A stretch of DNA of 64,000 bases from Candidatus Marinacidobacterales bacterium (GTDB taxonomy: Bacteria; Acidobacteriota; Vicinamibacteria; Marinacidobacterales; SMYC01): contig OZ250169.1 of assembly GCA_965237955.1 (NCBI GenBank), positions 6,720,001 to 6,784,000 of the forward strand, written 5' to 3'. This document shows positions 21,047 through 30,470 of the stretch, piece after piece; position 1 is the first letter of the stretch, and each line of letters opens with the position of its first letter. Made by a program: the position numbers and the translations under genes. The notes below the pieces were generated by a model, which saw only the letters and a list, made by a program, of their open reading frames with translations, ran no database searches and had not been told where the DNA came from.

Positions 21047-21883
21047 GTGAGCGCCACCAGCCATCGCGCGAGTTTCACCGAGCTCGTCCAAACAGGCGGC
21101 GACGGCTTTGCGCTCGACCGGGCCGCACTACTCATCGCCGCCGAGGAGTATCGAGAGCTATCGATCGAGAGCTATCTCTCGAAACTGGACGGCTTGGCCG
21201 AGCGCGTCGCGTCCCGCCTTCATGGTGACGCAGGGCCGCACGAAACGCTGACGCGGATGCGGACCGTCCTTGTCGAAGAGGAAGGCTTTTCGGGAAATAC
21301 GGAGGATTACAACGATCCTCGCAACAGCTTTTTGAACGACGTCCTCGATCGCCGGCTGGGGATCCCCATCGCGTTATCGACGGTGTACATGGAAGTCGGC
21401 AGACGCATCGGGTTCTGCTTGCAAGGGATCGGCTTCCCCGGTCACTTTCTCATCAAGCATTGCACCCCGTCCGAGGAAATCGTCGTCGACCCGTTCCACA
21501 CAGGGCGGATCATGGCGGACGCGGACTTGCAGTCCCAGCTCGACACGAACTTCGGCGGGAGGATTCGCCATGAGCCCAAGCTCCTCGCAACGATTACGTC
21601 GCGCGAGTTTCTGTTCCGAATGCTGTCGAACCTGAAATCCATATACGTACGCGCGCGAGATACAGAGCGCGCCCTCGCGGCGGTCGAGCGTATGCTCGTT
21701 CTGGCGCCTGAAAACAGCCGAGAGCACCGGGACCGGGGCGTGCTACTGGCCCAGCTCGATCGGCCGCTCGAAGCGCTCTCAGTGCTGGCCAAGTATCGGG
21801 AGTTGGAGCCAGACGCCAATGACGCCGACGGCGTCGACTCTCTGATGAAGCAGCTAAAAGTGAAGATTGGGATGAATAATTGA
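21047..21883 (+). CDS. SirB1/transglutaminase-like protein with C-terminal TPR
   Basis: FSGN..DY.DPRNSFLNDVL.RR.GIPI, FPGHFL, RML.NLK and EHRDRG. Confidence 0.9.
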   Translation: MSATSHRASFTELVQTGGDGFALDRAALLIAAEEYRELSIESYLSKLDGLAERVASRLHGDAGPHETLTRMRTVLVEEEGFSGNTEDYNDPRNSFLNDVLDRRLGIPIALSTVYMEVGRRIGFCLQGIGFPGHFLIKHCTPSEEIVVDPFHTGRIMADADLQSQLDTNFGGRIRHEPKLLATITSREFLFRMLSNLKSIYVRARDTERALAAVERMLVLAPENSREHRDRGVLLAQLDRPLEALSVLAKYRELEPDANDADGVDSLMKQLKVKIGMNN

Positions 21884-21906
21884 TCCAGCTGCAACGCGGC
21901 GCCGTC

Positions 21907-21935
21907 TTGACAGGCCTCCGGCGCCGAAATAGAGT
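21907..21935 (+). promoter_or_regulatory. sigma70-type promoter
   Basis: TTGACA-17 bp-TAGAGT, about 190 nt upstream of the CarD-like gene. Confidence 0.65.
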
Positions 21936-22127
21936 ACACAGGTAGCGCAGTTCTAGCCCAACCGCCTCGGTGCTCATCCGGCAGCGGGTGGTGCCGCCCT
22001 CGCCCTGACATCCGGGCCCACCACAACTACCCGGTGACCCTCGCGCCGGTCTGCGGACGGACGGAGTTGGCGGCCCCGGGTCCAACGGAAATCGTGATAT
22101 GGTTATGACCGAACAAGGAGGTGCACG

Positions 22128-22835
22128 GTGGGCCAGGAAATTCGCGCCCTTGCGGGGCTCCCGGAACCTGGTGAGCCAGTCTTCTATCCCAAGGTAGGCC
22201 ATTGTATCTACCGCGGCGTCACGGAAGATCGGGTGGCGCCAGGAACTCAGCTTCTGGAGCTCGAGGATCTCGAGGAGGGTAGCCGTATCCTCATCCCGCT
22301 GCCGAGAGTGCCGCAGCTCAACCTGCGCCCGGCCGGAACCGCCTTCCAAGAGATCCAAGAGGTCCTCGCGGCGGAGTTCGAGGAGCCTCTCGAAGACGAG
22401 GACGAGCTCCACAAGCTCGTCGAGACTCTGATAACCGACGGCTCACCGCGAGCATTGGCGCAATCCCTCAAAAGACTCCACTTGCTGCGACAGACCACGG
22501 GGCTCAGCCGCGAAGAAGAGCAGACGCGCAAGAAGATTCGCAGCTGGCTCGCTGCCGAAGTCTCGATCTCCAAAGATTGCACTCGGGCCGAAGCGCAGGC
22601 GTTCATGACGCGTATCCTGCAGGAGACGATGGCCGAGCACGAGAAGAAAGAAAAAGAAGAAGCCAAGGAGCGACGCCGGGCGGCCCGAGAGCAGAAGAAA
22701 GCTGAGGAGGCCGCAGCGGAGGCCCTCGCGGCCGGCGCTTCGAACGTGGCAGATGTCTTCGGGCCTCCTGTTGGAACCGAGGAACTCAAGCACGCTGGAC
22801 AGGCTGAATCCGCCGCTGCGGTGCCCGATCAATGA
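22128..22835 (+). CDS. CarD/CdnL-family protein; probably continues to ~23080 past a frameshift
   Basis: RNAP-interaction domain pattern (VFYPKVGHC...RILIPL...NLRP), AAGGAGG RBS; an acidic Pro/Glu-rich tail continues in another frame. Confidence 0.75.
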   Translation: MGQEIRALAGLPEPGEPVFYPKVGHCIYRGVTEDRVAPGTQLLELEDLEEGSRILIPLPRVPQLNLRPAGTAFQEIQEVLAAEFEEPLEDEDELHKLVETLITDGSPRALAQSLKRLHLLRQTTGLSREEEQTRKKIRSWLAAEVSISKDCTRAEAQAFMTRILQETMAEHEKKEKEEAKERRRAAREQKKAEEAAAEALAAGASNVADVFGPPVGTEELKHAGQAESAAAVPDQ

Positions 22836-23132
22836 TCACACCCACGAGCCGGAATCGACTGAGCCAATTGAGACTGCCGAACAGACCAAACTGGCCGAAC
22901 AGGTCCAACAGGCCGAGCCCGGTGATGGCGTCGAGCCGGTTGAACCCGCGGAACCGGTCGAAAGCGCAGCGCACACGGAAGTCGTCCCGCCACAGACGCC
23001 CCCTGGCACGCCCGATGTCGCGCCCGAGAACAACGAGGCCACTCCACGCCGAGCGGAGGAAGAAAGCCCCCCCAGGTTAAGGCATTCGACGTCGTCTCGA
23101 ACCGATAAGTCGTTGCGTGTGCAATCTTCGGT

Positions 23133-24845
23133 ATGTCGCAATATCCAGCGCTTCTCGTCAAACCGCTCCACGGCGAGCCGTTCCACGTCTCGCTCGACAA
23201 AAACGTCATCAGCATTGGTCGCTCGAAGCGGAACGATCTAGTCCTGGCGGACCAGTGGCTCTCCCGTCACCACGCTGAAATCCGTAACGCGAGCGGCTCG
23301 TTCTCGATCGCGGACCTCAAGAGCCGAAACGGCACCTACGTCAACGGACAGCGGATCGATGGCACGGTGCAGCTCAAGAACACCGACGTCATCACCCTAG
23401 GAGACCAGCAGATCAAGTTCCTCGACGAAGCGTCCGGAAGCGTAATCCTCACCGAAACCCCGGCTGGCCTCGACCTCGAAGGTACCATGGTCGTTCCAAC
23501 CGCTCAGCTCCTCGCGGCGGCGCGTGCCCAAGAGGACACATGGGACAACATGGGCGGCGAGCGCCCTTCCGTCGCCAAGCCGGTCTCCGGCGACGATTCC
23601 GCTCGCATCAAAAAGCAGAATCAAATGCTGATGACGCTCAGCGACGCGAGCATGGCCCTCATCAGCAACCGGCCGGTGAACGAGCTCCTCGAGTTCATCC
23701 TCGAGCTCGCGTTCAAAGTGATCAAGGCCGAGCGTGGCGTTCTCATGATCAAGAGCAACGGCGAGCTCACGCCCAAAGCGGTACGGACCGCAAGCGGCAA
23801 CAATCCCCGCGAGGAGATCAGTTTCAGCCGGACCATCGCCGACAAGGTCACGGCGGAGAAAGTCTCGATTCTCACCAACAACGCGCTCAGCGATCCCCGC
23901 TTCGATAAGGAGGAATCGATCGTGTCGCTGGGTATCCGCTCGGTGATGTGTGTTCCCCTCTGGCACGACAACGCCGTTACCGGACTCCTCTACGTCGACA
24001 GCCTCCGTCGTGAAAACGTGTTCAGCGAGGACGATCTCACTCTTCTTACGTCGCTCGCCAACGTCGCTGCCGTCAAGCTCGAGAACGCAAGGCTAGTCGA
24101 GGAAATGATCGAGAAGAAGCGGATGGAGCGCGAGCTCGAGCTCGCGCACGACATCCAGCAAGGTCGGTTGCCGAGTGAAGCACCCGATGTGGAGGGATGG
24201 GATCTCGTAGGGACGAACACCCCGTGCTACACCATCGGTGGTGACTACTACGACTTCATCGAGCGACCCGGCGGGCTCGCGGTCGCGCTCGGCGACGTCT
24301 CGGGAAAAGGCGCCGGCGCCGCGCTCATGATGATGGTGCTCCGCGCGACGATACATTTCGCGAGCCAGCGCGAGAAGACGGTCACGGACATCATTACCCA
24401 GGCGAACGGTGTCATTTACGACAACTCCCCGCCGCAGTTCTACGCCACGTTCTTTCTCACCGACGTGAACACGAGCACGGGGAAAATGCGCTACATCAAC
24501 GCTGGGCATATCCCCCCGATCCTCTACCAGAAGTCGTCCGACTCGATCGTGCGCCTCGAAGAGGGCGGAACGGTCCTCGGTCTTTTCGATATTGCGCAGT
24601 TCACCGAAGGCGAATCCGAGCTTCAACCCGGCGACGTCCTCGTTATTTTCACCGATGGCATCAGCGAAGCGTGGGGCGCCAACGACGAAGAGTTCGGTGA
24701 GGATCGACTCGCCGAGCTCGTCCGCGACAACGCGTCCCTCGAGGCGGCCGAGCTCGAAGAGCTCATCCAAAAGGAAGTCGACACCTTCACGGACGGCGCC
24801 CCGGCCACGGACGACAAGACGATTATTGTTGTTAAGCGAACTTGA
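23133..24845 (+). CDS. FHA-GAF-SpoIIE (PP2C) Ser/Thr phosphatase
   Basis: FHA (GRS, SRHH, SRNG), GAF, and PP2C motifs GGDYYD, DVSGKG, TDG, DD. Confidence 0.93.
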   Translation: MSQYPALLVKPLHGEPFHVSLDKNVISIGRSKRNDLVLADQWLSRHHAEIRNASGSFSIADLKSRNGTYVNGQRIDGTVQLKNTDVITLGDQQIKFLDEASGSVILTETPAGLDLEGTMVVPTAQLLAAARAQEDTWDNMGGERPSVAKPVSGDDSARIKKQNQMLMTLSDASMALISNRPVNELLEFILELAFKVIKAERGVLMIKSNGELTPKAVRTASGNNPREEISFSRTIADKVTAEKVSILTNNALSDPRFDKEESIVSLGIRSVMCVPLWHDNAVTGLLYVDSLRRENVFSEDDLTLLTSLANVAAVKLENARLVEEMIEKKRMERELELAHDIQQGRLPSEAPDVEGWDLVGTNTPCYTIGGDYYDFIERPGGLAVALGDVSGKGAGAALMMMVLRATIHFASQREKTVTDIITQANGVIYDNSPPQFYATFFLTDVNTSTGKMRYINAGHIPPILYQKSSDSIVRLEEGGTVLGLFDIAQFTEGESELQPGDVLVIFTDGISEAWGANDEEFGEDRLAELVRDNASLEAAELEELIQKEVDTFTDGAPATDDKTIIVVKRT

Positions 24846-24889
24846 TCCGATCCGCCATCATCCGTCAGCCATGGACTCGCGTTGGATCC

Positions 24890-25014
24890 GCCATCCGCCA
24901 TCGGCCATCAGCCATCAGCAGGGCTGGCGCTTTTGTGACGCTCCTGCCGGCAACCAACACCGCGTCACAGCCAAACGACGGCTAGCTGACGGCTGATGGC
25001 CGATGGCCGATGGC
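24890..25014. repeat. inverted heptamer (GCCATCR) arrays around a 65-nt spacer
   Basis: Left arm 24890-24919, right arm 24985-25014; inner stem TGTGACGC/GCGTCACA. Confidence 0.85.
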
Positions 25015-25032
25015 GCATCGAATGAAGTTCCA

Positions 25033-25061
25033 TTGACGCGTGCAAAATACTGTGTTAACTT
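25033..25061 (+). promoter_or_regulatory. putative promoter of hsp20-lon
   Basis: TTGACG-17 bp-TAACTT with a TGn extension. Confidence 0.5.
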
Positions 25062-25088
25062 GATTTCTATCTCTTTCCACGAGGCACA

Positions 25089-25565
25089 ATGGTCCAAAAA
25101 CGGGGCGCGCTTTCCGATGTTACGAGTCTGCAGAAAGACATCAACAAGCTCTTCGAACAACTGGCTCATCTCGACAGCACCGAGGCCGGCATCGGTCTCG
25201 GCGAGTGGTTCCCCCGGGTAGACGTTCTCGAGACGAAGAACAGCGTCGTCGTCAAAGTCGAAGCTCCGGGGTTCGAAGAAGACGACCTCGAAGTAGTCTT
25301 CCGCGGCCCAAAAATGATCTTGTCGGGAGAGAAGAAGCAGTCGAAGGTCGACGAGTCCGTGCGCGGTTATCTGTGCCTGGAGAGAAGCTTCGGCAAGTTC
25401 TCTCGCTCGCTCTACATCGATCAAGCCGTTGACTTGACGCGTGCATCCGCTCGACTCGTCGATGGGGTTCTCACCGTGTTGATTCCGAAGCTCGAAGATC
25501 GGCGAGGAAGCGAGTTCCGTCTCGAGATCGAAGGCCCGGCGTCCGAAAGCTCCGCCCAGCAATAA
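25089..25565 (+). CDS. Hsp20/alpha-crystallin small heat shock protein
   Basis: PRVDVLE, EAPG, LSGEK, ERSFGKFSR and DGVLTVLIPK. Confidence 0.93.
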   Translation: MVQKRGALSDVTSLQKDINKLFEQLAHLDSTEAGIGLGEWFPRVDVLETKNSVVVKVEAPGFEEDDLEVVFRGPKMILSGEKKQSKVDESVRGYLCLERSFGKFSRSLYIDQAVDLTRASARLVDGVLTVLIPKLEDRRGSEFRLEIEGPASESSAQQ

Positions 25566-28000
25566 TGGATGTAGAACAGAACGAAGCAGAAGAGCCTCTA
25601 TTGGTGCCGGAATCGCTTCCGGTGCTCCCGTTGCGGGACATCGTGATCTTCCCGTTCATGATCGTCCCGCTGTACGTAAGCCGCGACAAATCCGTCAAAG
25701 CCGTCGACTTCGCTCTCGCCGACAACCGGATGATCTGCCTCGTCGCGCAAAAAGATCAGGAACGGGAAACTCCGGCGACCGACGATTTGCACCGCATGGG
25801 CACCGTGGCCGTGATCATGCGCATGCTCAAACTTCCCGACGGCCGCATCCGGGTGCTCGTTCAGGGCATGAACCGAGCCCAAGTGAACGGTTTCCGTCAG
25901 GACGATCCGTATTTTCTCGCGAACTTGACGTCGGTCGATGAAGAGGATTGGGAACAGGACTCCCTCGAGCTTCAGGCGCTGATGCGAAACGTCAAAGAAG
26001 CTCTCGAAAAATCAGTCAACCTCGGCAAATCCATTTCGCCGGAAGTGATGGTCATAGCCGCGAACCTGGAGGATCCAGGAAGGCTCGCCGACCTCGCCGT
26101 GTCCAACCTGGATCTCAAAGTCGAATCCGCGCAGGAAATCCTCGAGACCATCGACCCCATCGACCGTCTGAATAAAGTTCACGAGCTCATCGCCAAAGAG
26201 CTCGAAGTCCTCACGATGCAGCAGCAAATCAGCTCGCAGGCACGTGGAGAGATGGATCGAACGCAGCGTGAGTTCTTTCTTCGCCAGCAGCTCAAAGCGA
26301 TTCAGTCCGAGCTCGGCGAAGGCAACGAGCTCGCCGAGGAAGTGCGCCAGTTCCGGAACAAGGCCCGCAAGGCGAAGATGCCGAAAGACGTCTATAAAGA
26401 GGTCAACCGGCAGCTCGGAAAGCTCGAGCGCATGCACCCCGACGCCGCCGAGACGGCGACGCTCAGGAATTACCTCGAGTGCATGGTGAACTTGCCGTGG
26501 AACAAGCACAGCCGCGACAACCTCGACCTTGTCGCCGCCCTCGCCATTCTCGACCGGGACCACTACGGGCTCGGGCGCATCAAGGAGCGCATCATCGAAT
26601 ACCTGGCGGTGCGCAAGCTCAAGAAGAAGATGAAAGGTCCGATCCTCTGTTTCGTCGGGCCTCCTGGCGTCGGTAAGACTTCACTGGGACGCTCGATTGC
26701 GCGCGCGGTAGGACGTAAGTTCCACCGAATCTCTCTCGGTGGCGTGCGCGACGAAGCCGAGATCCGAGGTCACCGGCGCACCTACGTCGGCTCGATGCCC
26801 GGCCGCATCATCCAGGGAATCCAACAGGCGGGAACTTCGAATCCGGTTTTCATGCTCGACGAAGTCGACAAGCTCGGCTCAGATTATCGAGGCGACCCGA
26901 GCTCCGCGCTTCTCGAGGTCCTCGATCCCGAACAGAACAACACCTTTCGCGACAACTACCTCGGGCTTTCGTTCGATCTCTCGAACGTCATGTTCATCGC
27001 GACGGCAAACCAGCTCGACCCGATCCAGCCCGCTTTTCTCGACCGCATGGAAGTGATCCAACTGACCAGCTACACCGAAGAAGAAAAGCTCCAAATCGCG
27101 ACCCGGCACCTCCTACCCAAACAGCTCGAGGAGAACGGGCTCACCACCGAAACCATCGGTTTCAGCAACGAGTCGGTGCGGCAAATGATCTCGCGCTATA
27201 CGCGCGAAGCGGGTCTCAGAAACCTCGAGCGCGAAGTGTCACGGGTATGCCGCAAGGTCGCGAAGCGCGTAGCCCAAGGGCGCGAGGAGCTCTCTCGGAT
27301 CACGGCAGGGAATCTCTCGAGCTTCCTCGGCCCTGCCAAGTACACGCCGGAAGAAAATCTGGAGCAAGATCAGGTCGGCGTCGCGACTGGGCTCGCGTGG
27401 ACCCCCACCGGCGGGGACATCCTCTTCGTCGAAGCGACCGCCATGAAGGGTAAAGGCGAGCTCATCTTGACGGGCACGCTCGGCGATGTGATGCGCGAGT
27501 CAGCCCGGGCAGCGCTTTCTTACGCGCGCTCGCGCGCGGCGCAGTTCCAAATCGATGAGAGCGTGTTCAGTACCCACGACATCCACATCCACATCCCCGA
27601 AGGGGCGATCCCGAAAGACGGGCCCTCGGCAGGTGTTACTATGGCGCTTGCGATGATCTCGGTGCTGACAAATACTCCCATCAGAAGGAACGTAGCGCTC
27701 ACGGGCGAGATCACCCTACGCGGCAACGTGCTCCCCGTCGGCGGCGTCAAAGAGAAAGTCCTCGCGGCTCGGCGCGCCGGACTCGACACCGTCGTACTGC
27801 CCAGAGTCAACGGCAAGGATGTGGACGAGCTTCCCCCGTACGTGAAGCGTGACCTCCACTTCCAACTCGTGGATCAAGTCGAGGAAGTCTTGAAGGCGGC
27901 CCTCATCGATCACGGCAAGATCTTCCGCTTGCCGTCAACGCCGGCTCGCATTTCGCGCCGGTCTTCCTCGTCGCGGAGCACGCGGACGGCCCTCAAGTGA
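25565..28000 (+). CDS. lon: ATP-dependent protease La
   Basis: LON N-domain, GPPGVGKTS Walker A, DEVDK, PKDGPSAG catalytic Ser. Confidence 0.97.
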   Translation: MDVEQNEAEEPLLVPESLPVLPLRDIVIFPFMIVPLYVSRDKSVKAVDFALADNRMICLVAQKDQERETPATDDLHRMGTVAVIMRMLKLPDGRIRVLVQGMNRAQVNGFRQDDPYFLANLTSVDEEDWEQDSLELQALMRNVKEALEKSVNLGKSISPEVMVIAANLEDPGRLADLAVSNLDLKVESAQEILETIDPIDRLNKVHELIAKELEVLTMQQQISSQARGEMDRTQREFFLRQQLKAIQSELGEGNELAEEVRQFRNKARKAKMPKDVYKEVNRQLGKLERMHPDAAETATLRNYLECMVNLPWNKHSRDNLDLVAALAILDRDHYGLGRIKERIIEYLAVRKLKKKMKGPILCFVGPPGVGKTSLGRSIARAVGRKFHRISLGGVRDEAEIRGHRRTYVGSMPGRIIQGIQQAGTSNPVFMLDEVDKLGSDYRGDPSSALLEVLDPEQNNTFRDNYLGLSFDLSNVMFIATANQLDPIQPAFLDRMEVIQLTSYTEEEKLQIATRHLLPKQLEENGLTTETIGFSNESVRQMISRYTREAGLRNLEREVSRVCRKVAKRVAQGREELSRITAGNLSSFLGPAKYTPEENLEQDQVGVATGLAWTPTGGDILFVEATAMKGKGELILTGTLGDVMRESARAALSYARSRAAQFQIDESVFSTHDIHIHIPEGAIPKDGPSAGVTMALAMISVLTNTPIRRNVALTGEITLRGNVLPVGGVKEKVLAARRAGLDTVVLPRVNGKDVDELPPYVKRDLHFQLVDQVEEVLKAALIDHGKIFRLPSTPARISRRSSSSRSTRTALK

Positions 28001-28004
28001 CGCA

Positions 28005-28805
28005 GTGAAGCTTCTCGTCGCCGGCGACATCGTAGGGAAAGCCGGCCGGAACATCCTCAGGTCCGGCCTTTTACACCTCCGCTCCCAGGAAGATTTCGAC
28101 CTCATCGTCGTGAACGTCGAAAACGCGGCGGCCGGCTTCGGCGTCACCCCGGACATCGCGGGCAAACTCTTCGACCTGGGCGTCGATGTGCTCACCACCG
28201 GAAACCATGTCTGGGACAAAAGAGAGATCTTCGGCTACCTCGAGCGCGAGCCCCGCATCTTGCGCCCAATCAACTACCCGGATCCCTGCCCCGGCGCCGG
28301 GTCGTTCGTGGCCACGACCGCGAGCGGTATCGACGTCGCGGTGATCAACCTGCAAGGACGCGTCTTCATGCCGCTCATCGATTGTCCGTTCCAAGCGATC
28401 GATCGTGAGCTCGAGGCCCTGAATCAGACGATGAGCAAGAAGACGAGACACGTGCTCGTCGATCTCCACGGCGAAACCACCTCGGAGAAGATGGCGATGG
28501 CGTGGTATCTCGACGGCCGGGTCTCGGCGGTGGTGGGAACGCACACGCACGTGCCGACGGCCGACGAGCGGATTCTTCCCAAAGGGACCGCGTACATCAC
28601 CGACCTCGGCATGTGTGGCCCGTACGATTCTGTCATCGGCATGGCGCCCGAGACTTCTCTTCCCCGGTTTCTCACCGCGATGCCCACTAAATTCGAGCCG
28701 GCCAAGGCCAATCCGTGGATGTGCGGCGTGGTCATCGATGTCGACGAAGACACCGGGCTCGCCCGCGACATTCGCCGATTCAAGATCACCGAAGCAGATT
28801 TGTAG
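28005..28805 (+). CDS. YmdB/TIGR00282 metallophosphoesterase
   Basis: GDIVG, ENAAAG, GNH, SEK, GTHTH motifs. Confidence 0.93.
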   Translation: MKLLVAGDIVGKAGRNILRSGLLHLRSQEDFDLIVVNVENAAAGFGVTPDIAGKLFDLGVDVLTTGNHVWDKREIFGYLEREPRILRPINYPDPCPGAGSFVATTASGIDVAVINLQGRVFMPLIDCPFQAIDRELEALNQTMSKKTRHVLVDLHGETTSEKMAMAWYLDGRVSAVVGTHTHVPTADERILPKGTAYITDLGMCGPYDSVIGMAPETSLPRFLTAMPTKFEPAKANPWMCGVVIDVDEDTGLARDIRRFKITEADL

Positions 28806-28809
28806 AATC

Positions 28810-30183
28810 GTGTCTCGCTCGCAAGCGAACCGTGATACCGAGAGAACGATCCACTCGGTCTCAGACATCACCCGCCACATCAAGCTCGACCTCGAGCGCA
28901 CGTTCAATAACCTCTGGGTTCAAGGCGAGCTTTCGAACGTCAAACGTCCATCTTCGGGGCATTTCTACTTCACCCTGAAAGACGACAAAGCGCAGCTCCC
29001 CGCCGTCATGTTCCGGGGGAAAGCGCGCCACCTGCGGTTTCGGCCCGATGACGGTACCGCCGTTCTCGTGTGGGGACACATCACCGTCTACGAACCTCGT
29101 GGCGCGTACCAGATCATGGTCGAGCGGATGGAGCCGCGCGGCAAGGGAGCCCTTCAGCTCGCGTTCGAACAGCTCAAAGAGAAACTGGCCAAAGAGGGCT
29201 TGTTCGATCAAGAGCGCAAGAAATCCTTAACCCTCCTTCCCCAGAGACTCGGGATCGTGACGTCGCCTTCCGGGGCGGCGATTCGGGATCTGTGCCGGGT
29301 GCTCCACCGTCGCTATCCGAACCTCGAAGTGCTGGTGTACCCGGCCCAAGTGCAAGGAGACCTCGCGGCGGCGGAGATCGCCAAAGGCGTGCAGGTGCTG
29401 AACCGTCTCGGTGGTTTCGATGCCATCATCGTCGCGAGAGGCGGCGGCTCGATCGAGGACCTCTGGCCCTTTAACGAGGAGTCGGTGGCGCGAGCCATCG
29501 CGGCTTCAGCGATCCCGGTGGTAAGCGCAATAGGCCACGAAGTTGATTTCACCATCGCGGACTTCGTCGCCGACGTGCGGGCGCCGACACCGTCGGCGGC
29601 AGCCGAGATGGTGGTCCAGCGTAAAGAAGATTTCCGCGAGCACGTCGCCACGCTGTTCGGGCGGCTCGACAAGGGCGTGCGCTTCCGACTCCAGGAACTA
29701 GGACACCGCTGGTCGCGGGTCGCGACCCATCAGGTGTTCGCGGCCGTCGGCCACGGAATCGAGCGGCGCGGGCAACAGGTCGACGAAGCAAGCTTTTTGA
29801 CCCGTGCGACCATGGACCGGCGCATCGCCGCGCTCTCGAAGCAACTCCAAGATACCGCGAGAAGGCTCGATGCCCAGCGTCTCGACCACAAGCTCGGCAA
29901 AGCCGCCGCCAAGCTCGCCGGGCTTCGTGGGCGGCTCCACGCCTGTGAGCTCGCGGCACGCGCGATCGGACAGCAATCGCTCGCATCGGTAGCGGCGAAG
30001 CTCGAGGCGCTCTCGCCACTCGCCGTCCTCGGGCGTGGCTATAGCTTGACGTGGACAGCTCAGGGTAAACTTTTGCGCCGTTCCACGGATGTATCAATAG
30101 GCGACGCGGTGCGCGTCGACCTGAACCAAGGCCGACTCGACTGTCGCGTCGAAGCGGCCACTGAGCCTGAGATTGATGAATGA
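28810..30183 (+). CDS. xseA: exodeoxyribonuclease VII large subunit
   Basis: GELSN..SGH.YFTLKD, RGGGSIEDLWPFN, GHEVD, APTPSAAAE; GTG start at 28810. Confidence 0.95.
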   Translation: MSRSQANRDTERTIHSVSDITRHIKLDLERTFNNLWVQGELSNVKRPSSGHFYFTLKDDKAQLPAVMFRGKARHLRFRPDDGTAVLVWGHITVYEPRGAYQIMVERMEPRGKGALQLAFEQLKEKLAKEGLFDQERKKSLTLLPQRLGIVTSPSGAAIRDLCRVLHRRYPNLEVLVYPAQVQGDLAAAEIAKGVQVLNRLGGFDAIIVARGGGSIEDLWPFNEESVARAIAASAIPVVSAIGHEVDFTIADFVADVRAPTPSAAAEMVVQRKEDFREHVATLFGRLDKGVRFRLQELGHRWSRVATHQVFAAVGHGIERRGQQVDEASFLTRATMDRRIAALSKQLQDTARRLDAQRLDHKLGKAAAKLAGLRGRLHACELAARAIGQQSLASVAAKLEALSPLAVLGRGYSLTWTAQGKLLRRSTDVSIGDAVRVDLNQGRLDCRVEAATEPEIDE

Positions 30184-30200
30184 CGAATGATGAATGACGA
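30176..30200 (+). repeat. short heptamer run (ATGAATG/ACGAATG)
   Basis: GATGAATGACGAATGATGAATGACGA at the xseA-xseB junction. Confidence 0.6.
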
Positions 30201-30206
30201 GCCAGC

Positions 30207-30470
30207 ATGAAAGATGACGTAAAACCCAAAGACTTCGAGGACGCGCTCGGAAAACTCGAAGGGATCGTGAAAGAGCTCGAAGACGGCGAGCTCAGCCTCG
30301 AGAAATCGCTCGCACGCTACGAGCAAGGCGTGCGACTCGCTCGATTCTGTAACAGCAAGCTCGAAGAAGCCGAAAAGCGCGTCGCGATGTTACAGACTAG
30401 TGACGAAGGCGATCCCAAACGGGACGCGTCGGGTGCAATTCGGCAGACTCCGTTGGAGTTTGACGAATGA
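30207..30470 (+). CDS. xseB: exodeoxyribonuclease VII small subunit
   Basis: FEDALGKLEGIV.ELE.GELSLEKSL..YEQG; follows xseA. Confidence 0.95.
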   Translation: MKDDVKPKDFEDALGKLEGIVKELEDGELSLEKSLARYEQGVRLARFCNSKLEEAEKRVAMLQTSDEGDPKRDASGAIRQTPLEFDE

